A stretch of 64,000 nt of DNA, from NCBI GenBank assembly GCA_013265495.1, contig MU057887.1:2823576-2887575 (forward strand). Direction: 5' to 3'. Position 1 is the stretch's first letter. Every line of letters begins with the position of its first letter. The position numbers and the translations under genes are program-made. Shown here piece after piece: positions 48,793 to 60,510 of this stretch. Source of the DNA: Vicugna vicugna. Lineage: Eukaryota. Below the pieces are notes generated by a model. That model had not been told where the DNA came from. It worked only from the letters and a program-made list of their open reading frames with translations, and searched no databases.

Positions 48793-49920
48793 TCAGCGGC
48801 GATCAGCGCCGACCGGGACCAGGTCCAGGCACAGACCCGACGCGCCCTGGGGGGCCCCTGGGGCAGCTTTATTTACCCAGTTCTTAAAAGAGGTGTCAGC
48901 GCAGCCTGGCGCCGGGGGGTCGAGGGAGTGAAACTAACCCTGTAAGCTGGGGCGCGCGTCGGCGCAGCTCACCCTGACAATGCAGACGGGCGGACCCGCG
49001 GCGCCTTGGAATTGTCGGAACCAGGCAGGACGCGTGGGTGCTTAGAAGCCCCTGGTGTGTGTGTGCGTGTGTGCAATCTGCGTGTGTGAGAGGAAGCCTT
49101 GTGGGGTCGTTGGTGTCCAGGACGAACGCTGTCCCAGGCAGGCCAGAGCGGGAAGCAGCTGCCTGTCCCTGACCGCTGACCACAGACCCAGCGCGTCCCG
49201 GGCCGAGCGTCCCTGTGCCGGCAGCCGGGCCTCAGGAGCCGCGGGGGCTGGGATGTTGCCGGGTCCCCTGCAATGCCACCCTCGGACCCCCGTCCAACAT
49301 CTACCCTCCACATGCTCCCGGGGCACCTGCTGGGGACAGGGAGGGCCTCGGGCAGTTGCCCCCACTGAGGCCGCGCAGCCCTGGTGCCATTGGGGTGGGA
49401 GGGGCAGCACGCACCTAGGCCTCGTGGAGTCTCCTGTGACCCCCCGCCCCTCCTGTGGTCACAGCTGTGACCACCGAGCAAGCTCTCCGGGGAGGGTGGG
49501 AGCCGCCGTGTCTCTGTGCAGCTCTCAGATCCGGGCGCTCGCTGGCTTCATGGCCACAGGATGGGTGTTTGTGGGGAACACTTACTCAGGCCCAAGGCCA
49601 CCGGCGAGCTGTCCTCTGACGCTCCTCCCACGGATGCTCACACAGCCACCTGCAGCGTGTGCCTTGGTGCCGGCTCCCCGGGGACAGACGCCAGGGGACA
49701 GATGCCGGAGGACGCTTGAGGGGCCACGGTCAGGGTCTGCTCCATCCCACAGGCAGCCTGGTGGGGCGCGTCCACGCACACGGAGACACTCAGACCCTTT
49801 GATTGCTGGGTCATCCCTCTCCCAGAAATATGTCTCGAGAAAATAATTCAAAAGAAGGGAAGGCGTGTTTACAGTAGAGCTAAGCTGGGAAGCGGATACG
49901 GCCAAGACGCCCAGCAGAGC

Positions 49921-50037
49921 CAGAGGTGGAAGGGGACCGAGCAGACGCCAGCGACACAGGCTGTTTAACAATGTCAGGGGTGGAAGGGGACCGAGCAGAT
50001 GCCAGCGACACAGGCTGTTTAACAATGTCAGGGGTGG
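49921..50037. repeat. 54-bp tandem duplication, about 2.1 copies
   Basis: ggtggaaggggaccgagcagaYgccagcgacacaggctgtttaacaatgtcagg at 49925 and 49979, with one C/T difference. Confidence 0.95.
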
Positions 50038-52328
50038 GGTCTGCCCCAGGGGGAGGGTCACCACTTCATCCCCTCGATGGCCCTGACCCTGGTCGTCTCT
50101 CTGGCTGTCCTATCCCTGCCTGGCCACCAGTGTTCAGGGTACAGTCACAGGACACGGCCCACCCGACCTCCACCACAGGGCCGGCCTTGCGCGGGCAGCG
50201 GCCTGGCGCTGGGTGACAGCCAGCGCTTCGCCACAACACAGCGTCTTAGCGCCGTTCCAGCCCATAATAACCACGGGAGAATGAACAGTCGGGGCAGGGG
50301 CTTCACTTGGCTGGGTTGTTCTGATTTGCTCCTACGTCCGCCAGTCCAGGCGCCAGCCCCACCTCACGGTCACTGTCATCCCATCACCAGAGGAGAAATC
50401 TGAGGCACAGGGAGGGCAGGCGCCTCACCCAGGGGCCCGGCTGCAGGCAGCAGCGCAGGCGCGGGCTCCCTGTGCCACCCCGGCCCTCTCCCGGGCAGTC
50501 CGGGTCTCTCCCGCCGGCCAGCTGTGCCTGCCCGTCCTCCCGCTGCCCCTGGGGGCCGGGGGCCGGGTCCCGCCCACGGCCACGTGGGATCGGAGCACGT
50601 GGGGCTGCCCAGGCTCAAGTCCCCACGTCCCCCTTCCCGGCTATGTGGCCTCGGCCAGTCTCCTCGCCTCTCGAGCTCCCGTGCCCCCACGTGGGATGTG
50701 AAGCCAGGGCTGATTCCTCGTAAGTAACGATCAATAGTCAGTGAGTCAGTGAAGGAGCACATGAGTCGCGGGAGGCCCAGCCAGGCGGTCCAGCAATGTT
50801 TGAGCCCCGACGTTTCAAACGGGAGTTTTGGGGAGTACAGAAGCGGCTTCTGGCTACGTGAGGCCACAGCGGTGTCTCCCGGAAACGTGCGCTGTCCCAG
50901 CAGACGCTCTGGTTGGTTGGGCTTCCCAGGCGGGCGGAGACGGGAGCCCGCGAGGGAGGCCCAGGTGTGCAGCCTTGTCTCTGCACAGCTGCCGGTGTCC
51001 CCAGACCAGCTGGTCTCTCCCCGTTGGTCACCTGTCCTTACACCTTCGCTGCACCGTCCTCCAGAGCCCTGCTGATCTGACTCCTCCGTCCCCGGGGCCA
51101 GGCTGCCCTGAGTGGCCGTTGCAGGGCAGGTCCTCGAAGGGTAGCTCAGGGGGCTTCCCAGGGTGCCCTCTGACCTCCCAGCCCCGGGGACCTTCCTGCC
51201 CCAGCTGGTAACTGCTCCCAGGAGGAGCCTAGACGTGCCACCCCGAGGAGCAGAAAAGTGGGATCCAGGGACCCTCCTAGGATCCTCAGAACGTTTCCAG
51301 CAGCAGTAGCTTCTCAATCACGTCCTCGGGGCCCGTGCCTGCTCTTCGCGTGTTAGATTCTTCTGGAACCTTTGGTTACATTTGACTCCCGTGGGGGGTG
51401 CATGTGTACGTATATAATTAGCATCTTATATGCTCACATTTAACGTCAGCCTCCCCTGTCCCCATGTCTGGATGTGGCCTGGTCCCCCATCACCCCCACG
51501 GTCTAGGACAGTCAAGGGGGCGCACACTTCTAGGTCAGATGCTGCTGAGAGCGTGGCCTCCCCATCCCGGCTGTAAATGGATGAGGTCCATTTACGACCG
51601 TGTCTGAGAACGTGGCCGGAGATTTCTGGAATCCCACTGGTTTTGTTCTGGATGATTCCTTTTTCCAAGCCGTTGAGTAAAGTAAGCAGATTCATGTGTT
51701 AATGGAAATGAAGACACAGTTTATCCCAGAGGGAACCGTGCAACTTATGAGCAGCCAAGGGCGCAGGCGTTGACGGAGAAGCCCAGGCTCCAGGTTCCCC
51801 GGGCAAATTAGCACCGTGGGTCCCCGTCCATCTGTCTGGACTCAGGCCAGCAGGCAGCAGGCTTGTCATCACAGTCACTGTCTGAGGGACAGTGCCATCC
51901 AGCAGACGCCGGGTGTCTTCAAGGTCATCTGGTTTCCTAGGTTTGCGGGGGTGGGCGAGGGAGTCTGGTGGGGGCACTTTCCTGAGATTCCCCGTCTTCA
52001 AAGCTTGTTTGCACTGTGAACAAAGAAGGGGGTCCCAGCACCACGTGTGTCCTGGCCAGGGAGGGGGCGGGTGTAGCTGGCGGCAGGTTCCCCACATGCA
52101 CGCAGTTCAGTTCCTGGAATAAGATGTCAGACGCCGCCCAGCGTGTCTGCACCACACATGCACACGTGTGCACACGATATACACAGCATGCACACACACA
52201 CACAGACACGAATGCACAGCCACCCTGCCCAGCACTGTCGCACAGAGGCCGAGCACAGAGGCGCTTGGCCCTAGGAGGCTCCCTGTGGCTCTGCCGAGCT
52301 GAGTGAACTGGGGTCCACTCAGACCCTC

Positions 52329-52829
52329 TGTTGCAGCAAAGTGTGTTACAGCTCAGTGTCACAGCTCAGTTGTGACAGCAGCCTGGATCCTGGCGAGAGA
52401 CCCAGCAGCACTCGGAGAGCTGGAGAACTCGGTTTATTATGCCAGCGGGCCCAGAGGAGTTAACACTCCCAGCTCTGGACCCCGTCTGTAGGTTTACACA
52501 GGCTTTTATAGGCTGCCAGTCTACACTTTGCAACATCGTATGCAAATAAGGTATAAAAAAGTTGACTAATCAAGAATGAGCTTTTTAGAAACGGACCAGT
52601 CAGGAGTGAGCTTTATGCAGATGAGGTGTTACAAATCGATGAATCAGGAGTGAGCTCAGGGAACCAACAGAATCTTAGGGGTAAGTTCTGCTTTCCTAGC
52701 AGCAAGCCGTTTTACAGAAGCAAAAAGCGAGATAACGCCACCGGACCAGGGAACTGGACGGCGCTGGCGGGAAAGTGGTGGCCCTGCCTGGGGGTCCTGC
52801 CGGTCTTTATCATGGGGCTTCCCGCCTCA
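52329..52829 (-). mobile_element. ERV1 (gamma-like) solo LTR, 501 bp, intact termini
   Basis: Minus strand starts TGAGGCGGGAAG and ends GCTGCAACA (TG...CA). 4-bp TSD cctc at 52325-52328 and 52830-52833. TATAAAA at 52504-52510 (-), AATAAA at 52433-52438 (-), octamer at 52540-52547. Confidence 0.92.
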
Positions 52830-55359
52830 CCTCCACCACCTCCCCAAGACCCCCACTGGGAGGCCGAGAGGAGTAGAACGGGAGTGCACAGCCCCTGGGG
52901 AGAAGTTACAAAGCTAAGTGCCCCCTTTGAGCAAGGTGGACCCGGGTTCCCTGGGGCCCGACAGCCTGTGCCATTGGCCCCAGCCCCCCCGCATTTCCCC
53001 GGCTCGCGTGGATAGTCTGTTTACCGACGCAGCAAATTCCAGAGCGGCGGCCACTCGAGCTCTGGGGCTGAGCCAGCGGGGGCCCCCCGGGGGCCTGGAG
53101 AGGGCAGGCGCTCAGGGGACGTTAGCAGAAAAGAGGCAGCAGCTGAGTGCCACGGGCCTCCCCGGGAAGGTGCTGCTGGTGTCTGCTCCTTGAGGCCGAC
53201 TCCAGGCTGTTTTGCAGACTGCTGTGAAATTCCAGGTGTGAAGCGCCATTAGCTTTTTGGGGTGAAACCCAACCAAAGGCCCATCCCTCCCCCAGCTAGG
53301 GGTCTGCGTGAATTTAGCCCCTGAGTCCTCTAATCCCCGGGGGCTGATCTTCCGGGGGGCGACCGCAGGGGCGGGCCACTGAGCGCTTCCGGCAGGCTGA
53401 GCGCTCTGGTTTTCCTAGGATGAGAGCGCCCTCCTGGACTCCAGCTCCTGCTAGAAATTCCCACCTGTGGGGGGGGCTCTGCTGAGGGCTCTGCTCCAAG
53501 CAGAGCCGTGACCAGAGGGCTCCGTGAACTCGGGGGAGCAGGAGGAGCCCCCGCCCCCGGCACCGGCCCAGGAGAGCTCCCAGCATCTCTGTGCTGGGGG
53601 CGTGGCCTCAGGTCCCCGGCGGGGCGTCACCCAGGGCGGAGTGGCTGGTGGGGAGGGCGGGCTTCAAGGGCGGCCCCTCTGGTACCCGACCCCGGAACAT
53701 GGCCTCTGGGAGGGGACCCTCTAGGCCTGGAGCGGGGCTGGTGGGCTCAGGGGCAGGGGAGAGGGCGGGCAGGGGGCTTGATGCAGGGGAGGGGTGACCA
53801 GGCTCAGGGCAGAACATCCCGGGGTCAGGTAAGGAGGCTGCATCCAGGCTCCAGCACAGGAAGTGTGGACGTGTTTTTGTGGGATCGGCAGACAGACAGG
53901 AGAGTTTGGGTTCTGACTTGGTGGCCGTGCGGCCACTGGGACCCCTGAGCAAGCAGCCAGTGGGTTTGGACGTGTAGCTCGTTCGTTTGCGTGTTCTGGC
54001 ATCTCCTCCATGTCGGGCACCTGCCGTGCGCGGACTCGGTGCCGGGTGGCCCGCCCCCTCCAGACCCACAGGCATCTCCCCCGGACCAGTGTCCTCGGCG
54101 CCCCGCCCACCTGGAGCACCGCGGGTGAGGGAGCCCGGGCTGAGCCTGCGTCCACAGTGCTCGGCCCCCAGGCCAGCGCAGACACGTCCCGCCGCACCCA
54201 GCTGATCTGCTCACAGCGCGCTGGGGGCCTGTGGCTGAGCGGAGGGCGTTTCTGAGGTGGCCTGGAGCATTGCCACCTCATTCCTGTTATGGGTCAGGTG
54301 TCTGTGCGGTGGGGACACAGGCTCACTTCTCGGCACCCTTTGGAGACCCAAGGCAAGGCATTGGGGTCTGGCCCGAGCCTGGCACGGGGAGGGCACGCGG
54401 AGGGCAGCAGCATCGGCCATGGGCGGCCCTGAATCGGTCAGGGGAGGCCCTCCCCTGCGCTCCTCTCCCACACACGAGCCCCTCCCTGCATGAAAGTTCA
54501 GCCTCGGGCGCCCCGGGTCCCTAGAGGTTTGCAGTTCTGTCGTTTCCGACTGGCGGGGGCTTTGTTCTGGGGACGAGGAGGCCAGGAGCGAGCCTCCGAG
54601 CCTGAACATCCTCACAGTGGGAGTTCCGAGGAAAGGAGGCGGCCTCCTCATCCCGAGGCCCCAGGCACTGGCCGCCGGAGAGGACGGTGACTTGTGGGCC
54701 AATGTCCGCACGTGCGCATGGTGGATACATGTGTGCAGATGTGTGTGCGTGGGAGGGGGAGGAGGATGGTGGGGGTCACTCCGAGGCAGGGCCGGGCTGA
54801 GTCCCAGGACTGCAGAGCCTGGTCAGAGGCTCTAGGTTGGCAGAGCTCGGCCACTTGGGGCCCCGGGGCCCAGTCTGAGCAAACCTGCTCTCCTTCAGGC
54901 CTGGGAGCAGGCGCTGGGCGCGTGGCCATTGTGTGACCCACACCCCTGGCCTGCATGGGCTGAGGGCCCGGAGGTCGTGACTCAGGAACAGGCTGGGTCG
55001 CTGTCCCCTGCCATCAGCCCCCACCCCTCATGCTCTGTCAGCACCGGTAGCCCTGGGGTCACCCTTCCCAGCCAAGAGCCGCCCCGACGTCGGGGGCCGG
55101 AGGAGATGAGGTTGTGACGTGTGGCATGAAAGGCCCTCTGTTCCTGGGATGTGGGGACCCCGCCCTGCGCCTCTGACCGCCTCCTGCAGGCAGCGGGCTG
55201 CGGCCAGGTGAGTCCAGCTCCCGCGGCCAACAAAGGGCGTCATGTGACCGGCACCGCCGCCATGCCCTTGGCAGGGCTGACCCCCCCCGGCCATGGTCCA
55301 CCTATCAGTGTGTCTGTTCCTTCCGCAGACACATCCACCTGCCTGCCAGCCCATGAAGG

Positions 55360-55560
55360 GGCCCCGCGTGTGTGTGTGGTGGCGTGTGTGCCTGTGAACG
55401 TGCATTCACTCACACGTGTGTGCGCATCTGTGTGTGTGGGCCCGTGGGCATGGCATGCTGTTCACACGTGGAGCCTGTGCATGTGCAGGTGGGTGTTTCG
55501 TGTGTGCATCCGTGTGACCTCTGCTTTCCCATCTGTGTGCGTGCATGTGTGTGGACGTGT
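55360..55560. repeat. GT-rich low-complexity tract
   Basis: cgtgtgtgtgtggtggcgtgtgtgcc...gtgcgtgcatgtgtgtggacgtgt. Confidence 0.7.
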
Positions 55561-56453
55561 GTGGCCAGGCTCTGGCAGCACGACCAGGGCTGGGTCCCGG
55601 GCCTCCCTGGTGACGGACGTCTCTGAGCCAGGCGCCGGGCACTGACAGCGTGTCCCTGGGTGCGGCCCAGGGGACAGAGGGGAGCACAGATTCAGATGTT
55701 TTTCAGCCTCACGGGAGCCTCCCACCCCGTCCATCCTGGCTGATCCTCAGAAACCCTTCCTCCTTTCTCGAGCTTTTACCGTCTCTGGGCCGAGCACGTA
55801 GGATTCCCGGGGATCGGCAGGTTGGAGAAGCGGTTTCAACCCTGTAGCTTCTTCGTGGGTTTAAGGCACGAATTTGCTGGTGCTCGATGAGGTTTGGGGG
55901 CCATCTTTTACTGTCACCAAAAGATGCCCTGGGGACGGCAGGACCGCCGTGGGGACTTCTGCAGGAGTGATGAGCAGACGCGGGAGAGAGGCCCGAGGGG
56001 GCCATGCTGGTAAATGCAGCCGGCCCAACGCCCGTGGGCCCTAGGAGGGCTCCCTGGAGGTGGTGGCAGGAGTGGGCCTGCTGTCATCTTTCATCTTGGA
56101 GGCGTTTCTGGGGCAGCCGGGCAGCCCTGCCCCGAAACCCACCGTGAGCACAGAGCCAGCAGAGATGAGACCACTTTGTCTGCTCCAGGAAGGGGCCGTG
56201 TCTGCTCCTTGAAACTGTCCCCCACGCCCTTGATCACTGCTTACCGAGTGGCCCACAGTAGAGCTGGACTTGGGCAGCGAGCGATAGCCTGGGAGGCCAG
56301 GGAGGAGGCAGCGGCCCAGCCCGGCCACCCTGGCTGACCGCCGGTGCCGCCCGCCGGGCCTTTGTGGCCCGATGTCACCCGGTGCTGGGAATCAGGCCCC
56401 GGGTCCTGCCGTGGCTCTGGGCCCATGCTCACGGCTCTCTCCTCTCTCCGCAG

Positions 56454-56581
56454 CACGGATTATCAGAACAAAGCAGTGGTGTGACATGTCTCCCTGTCTG
56501 GAGGGAGAAGGCTGTGACTTGTTAATCAACCGGTCAGGCTGGACGTGCACGCAGCCCGGCGGGCGGATAAAGACCACCACG
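56454..56581 (+). CDS. TAFA5: TAFA5 coding exon (exon 3), 128 nt, phase 1-0
   Basis: Translates (A)RIIRTKQWCDMSPCLEGEGCDLLINRSGWTCTQPGGRIKTTT. Joined to exon 2 it gives the TAFA spacing CxC-x14-C-x11-C-x4-C-x5-C-x10-C and an N-R-S sequon. Branch-like gctcac at 56427-56432, tract ctctctcctctctccgcag|C, donor ACG|gtacgt at 56582. Confidence 0.98.
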
Positions 56582-59500
56582 GTACGTACGTGGCCCCCGG
56601 CTTTCTTGTAGGTGCCCTGGGGCGGAGGAGTGGGCTTCGGGCACCGGAGCACACGGGTGGGGGGTCCCCAGGCTGGCGGTGACAGGGACAGGCGGAAGCT
56701 GGTCACTGGCTGGCTCCTGCACGCAGGCTGCCAGCCCGCTCCTGCTGTGGGACCCCTCTGCCCGGGGCCAGATCGGTCTGTCCCTGGGCTGCTCTGCTCC
56801 ATCACACAGTCACCGAGTGCGCCTCGGCCCAGTGGCCGGACAGAAGCCCCTCTGGGCTGGCCAGCCCACACCCAAGATTGCTAGGGACGTTGTCTTGTTT
56901 CTGGGTGACGTGCCCTGGCTCCAGGCTGGAGGGACGCTGAGAGCCCACAGAGGGGCCTTTCAAGAGACATGATTGGGGGGGCGCCGTGGGCCTCCTCCAG
57001 GCCACCCCCTCCTGCCGCAGGCGTGGTGGCTGTTTGGAGCTAAGTCTCCAAAAGCCCCCGATGGCACTCAGTCCCTCTCAGACCCCCCTGCGGGGCACGG
57101 GCCCGCCCTGGGATCCCCAGGCTGGCCCCCCGCAGGCTGGGAGGCAGAGGACAGCAACGCAGTTCTGGGACCGTCTTCTCTGAGATTCTTTTTCCAGAGG
57201 AAAAGTCCTCACGCACAGGCTGCAGTGATGCAGGTGGGCCTGCGCCACCCTGCCGGGGCCAGGGGGACAGCAGTGGGGCTGCACGGGCCAGGCGGGCACG
57301 GAGCGGGCTCCATGGCCAGCGGTCACCCGCGGTCCGGGCTCTTCCTCCCGAGGCGTACAGAGGGCGCTGAGGGCTGGGGCGAGCTGCGGTCTCCTGGCCA
57401 AGAGTCCCGCCTCGATGCGGGGGATGTGAGGCTGGGAGGCCTGGGGCTTGGTGGCAGGGTCCGGAAAGCCCCGACTGGGATCCCGTCTCCCCCAGGAATT
57501 GCACAGAGAGGTGGCGGCTGCAGCCCTCGGGAATTTTCTAAGGAAAAGCCGCCCCCTTCCTGCCCCTGCGTCCTCCGTTTGAGAACTTGGATGGGCCGTG
57601 TCAGGGAGGTCCTCACAAGGCCCGTGAGGTTCGCTGCCCCGAGCAAAGCCCTGGATGCTCAGGTCCCACCCGGCAGGCGGGGCGGGTCTGAGCGCAAGTC
57701 AGGCCTCGGGGGCACATCCTGAGGTTGGGGCTGGAAAGCCGGGTGTGGCCGTGGGCCTCCACCGGGTCCCTTGGGGCCTCGTGTTCGAGTGAATCGGGTC
57801 TGGGGCTCCCCTCTGTGAGCCGTTCCCACAAGGCAGAGACTTGGGGACAGGCAGGGCCGCGGACCACTGGGGCTTCTGTCCCAGGTCTGCGGGGCCTGGG
57901 TCAGCGTCGGGTGCCGGGCCGGCCCTGGGCAGGAGGCACTGTGCCGGGGTCTTTTGAATGAACGTCAGGAGGAGATGAGGCTGGAGGGGAGGCTCCGGAC
58001 CACTGCCCACCGCAGCGGCGGGGGTGTGGCTGCGGGCTCAGGCCCGCACTCGGGCCCGCGTGGGGCCGGGCAGGCCCGCTGGAGGAGGCCGCAGAGGTGC
58101 CCCCAGCGTCCTCACAGAGATCGGGCTTCTCCCCTCAGCAGGCTCCCTGCGACTGCCCCCCACCCCCCCACCCCCTCCCCGCCAGCGGGGGTTCTGGGAG
58201 CTGGCTGCATCTCAAGGGCGCCCTATGGCGTCCCCGTCACCCCTCCCCGCGGGCACGGCCTCAGGTCCTTGACTCCTGCTAAGAACTTTGCTGAGAAAGT
58301 GCAGGCGCCCGTTCCCTCTGACCGCACAGCCCTCGGCACTCAGGAGCCTCACCTCGGCTTTTCAGCCGTGAAAACTGCAGCTGTGAGAGGCTGAGATGCT
58401 GGCGGCAGCTGGCCGGTGGGTCGTGGGGGCGGGGCTGGAGTCTGCCGGGTCCGCCCGACTCCAAAGTGGCCCTGGCTCTGCCTGAGCCCCACGATCAGAG
58501 TGTCTGATCGGCCCCCCGGGAGGGCAGCGCTCACTCGGGAGGCATGACCCTCCTTGCAGGGGGCGGACACAGGTGGTGATGCTCCGCGACCTCCCTCCTG
58601 TGTGGCGGCCCCGTGTCACCTCCCCACCCAGGACAGGGACCCAGGGCGTGTGGGTTGGCAGAACCAGTGACAACGCTGTGGGTCCAGTGGGCTCTGTCAC
58701 CTTCCCGAGTGTCTGCGGAGGGGTCTCTGGCTCTGATGAAACCCCGGGCCCACGGTGACTGTTTTCAGAGCTTTCTTAAAAGGTTTGCTGAGCTCTTGAC
58801 CCAAACACTTACAACTGGAACTCGTGGCCCCACGCCCACGATTGCACCTAGCTCCTCTCGCAGACGGCAGACTAGCGCGTGGGGCTTCACGTTGTACCAT
58901 AAACTGGTTTTCCGTGCGGCGGGCTTTAAGAGACCTCATGACTGGTTGGCCGCAGACCACTAACTCCATCCCAGCTGCCAGGTTCTCAGCCTGGTGCCCA
59001 GCAGCCAGGGCCACATCCCAAAGGGGCAGCCAGCCCACCCCCACCTCATCATGCCTGGCCGCTCCTCTGAGTGGTCCATGGCTGCTCCCTTCTCTGTGTC
59101 CCCCAAACCGTGAGCTGCCCGAGGGCAGGCACCGCCCCATGGCCCTGCCAGCCCGGTTCCCTCACTCAGGGCTTCCATAGATACGTGTGCTACATCGATT
59201 AATTGATTAGCTGAACCCCCGGGCATCTGCGGATGCTTGCAGTCCCTAGACCACTGCTCTTCCAAGTGCAGGCCATCACCCCATTAGTGGGGCTGAAAGT
59301 AACTTAGTGCATCCCTCTTCGCATCTGAAAGAAGGAGGAAGAAATGGAATCAAAATATCAGAGCACGTCCCGGGTCTCGAGGGTGATGGCCATTCCACGA
59401 CGTGCACACGTCACAACGTGGGGTGACGCAGTGACCAGTGCAGGCCGCCGCGAGAAGCTGGAGACCCAGAGTCCTGCGGGGACGGGGGAACCTGGCACCT

Positions 59501-60269
59501 GTGGTTCCCGCGATCCCTGGTCCAAGCACTGCCTCGTGCCCGGTCTCTGCTCTGTGATGTTGCTCTGCCCTGGGCAAGGTGACCAGGTGGACATCCGAGG
59601 CTCTCCCCAAGGTCACGAGCAGCGTCCCCTCCTTGACACCATGCAGCTCCCGCTCCCCGAGCCAGGCTGCAGGGTGGCCGCCCCCTCAGCTCCGTGGCTC
59701 GCACTGTCCGCGGAGGTACGGCTGACCAGGCGCGGAACGGAGAAGGAAAAGTCCAGGGTCCCATGTGGGAATGTGGTCCCATTTCTCTGTTCCCACTTCT
59801 GCCACCTAGAAACCCTGGCAGGATGGGACGGGAAGGAGGGGAGGGGCACGATTCCCCTGGCACAAGGTGAAGGGGGCAGAGGCAGCAGCAGAGCCAAAGG
59901 GGGACGGGTGGACTCAGGCCAGCTGAGCCAGGCCCCGGGGGGTGGGGGGCTGGTTCTGTCTTCAGCCCCCAGGATGCAGGAGTCGGGGCTCAGGACCCCC
60001 TGTGTGTGGAGTGGAGGAAGCACTGGAACAGCAGGGCCTGTGGAAAAGACGTGGGGCTCCCAGGTGCCCCCTTCCTGGCCCCTGGTGGGGCACCCTGTGC
60101 ATCCTGCAGGGCCTGGGCCCACCAGGGGCTCTCCCTGGGGAGGAATCACACCTGAGCAACTCTGGACCCACAACGCCAGCGTCACAGGTGGAGGGAACTT
60201 CCCGCAAACCCCGAGCCCTGAGCACCGAGGGCATAGTCAGGACACGGGACTTCTTTCCTGAGAGGCTTA

Positions 60270-60510
60270 GGGTCTGAGCATCCTGCGTAACAAGTGGCCA
60301 CGCTCCAGGTGACTTAGAGCAACAAAAATCATTCTTTCACAGGGTGGAGGCCAGAAGTCTGAGATCCAGGGGTCGTTGGGGCCGCACACCCTCCGACGTC
60401 TCGGGGAGGGTCCTTCCTGCCTCTCCCGGCCTCTGGTGTTTGCCTGCACCCTGGGCGGTCCTGGGCTGTGGTTCTTGCCTGTGCATCCAACTCCTCTCTT
60501 CCCCGCCAAG
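60270..60510 (-). mobile_element. MaLR LTR, MLT1-like, partial
   Basis: gcgtaacaagt...gacttagagcaacaaaaatcattctttcacag..ggaggccagaagtctgagatc...ccttcctgcctctcccggcctctggtg matches the reverse strand of the MLT1 3' end. Confidence 0.8.

Larger units (their letters stand above)
24590..56453 (+). other. TAFA5: TAFA5 intron 2 (GT-AG, 31,864 nt)
   Basis: Bounded by gtgagc (24590) and ccgcag (ending 56453). Splicing rebuilds the Ala codon G|CA in frame. Confidence 0.93.

Noticed and set aside
47644-50037. 24-bp and 54-bp direct repeats as CRISPR-like arrays
   Set aside because: The units are head-to-tail with no unique spacers, there are no cas genes, and the DNA is mammalian.
51573-51595. Hairpin GTAAATGGA-tgagg-TCCATTTAC
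   Set aside because: A 9-bp stem with a short loop is expected about once or twice by chance in 64 kb, and it is too short for a pre-miRNA.
56372-56611. 79-aa ORF with an in-frame ATG upstream of exon 3 as an independent short isoform
   Set aside because: The upstream part is the branch point and polypyrimidine tract. The Kozak context is weak, there is no signal peptide and no promoter evidence.
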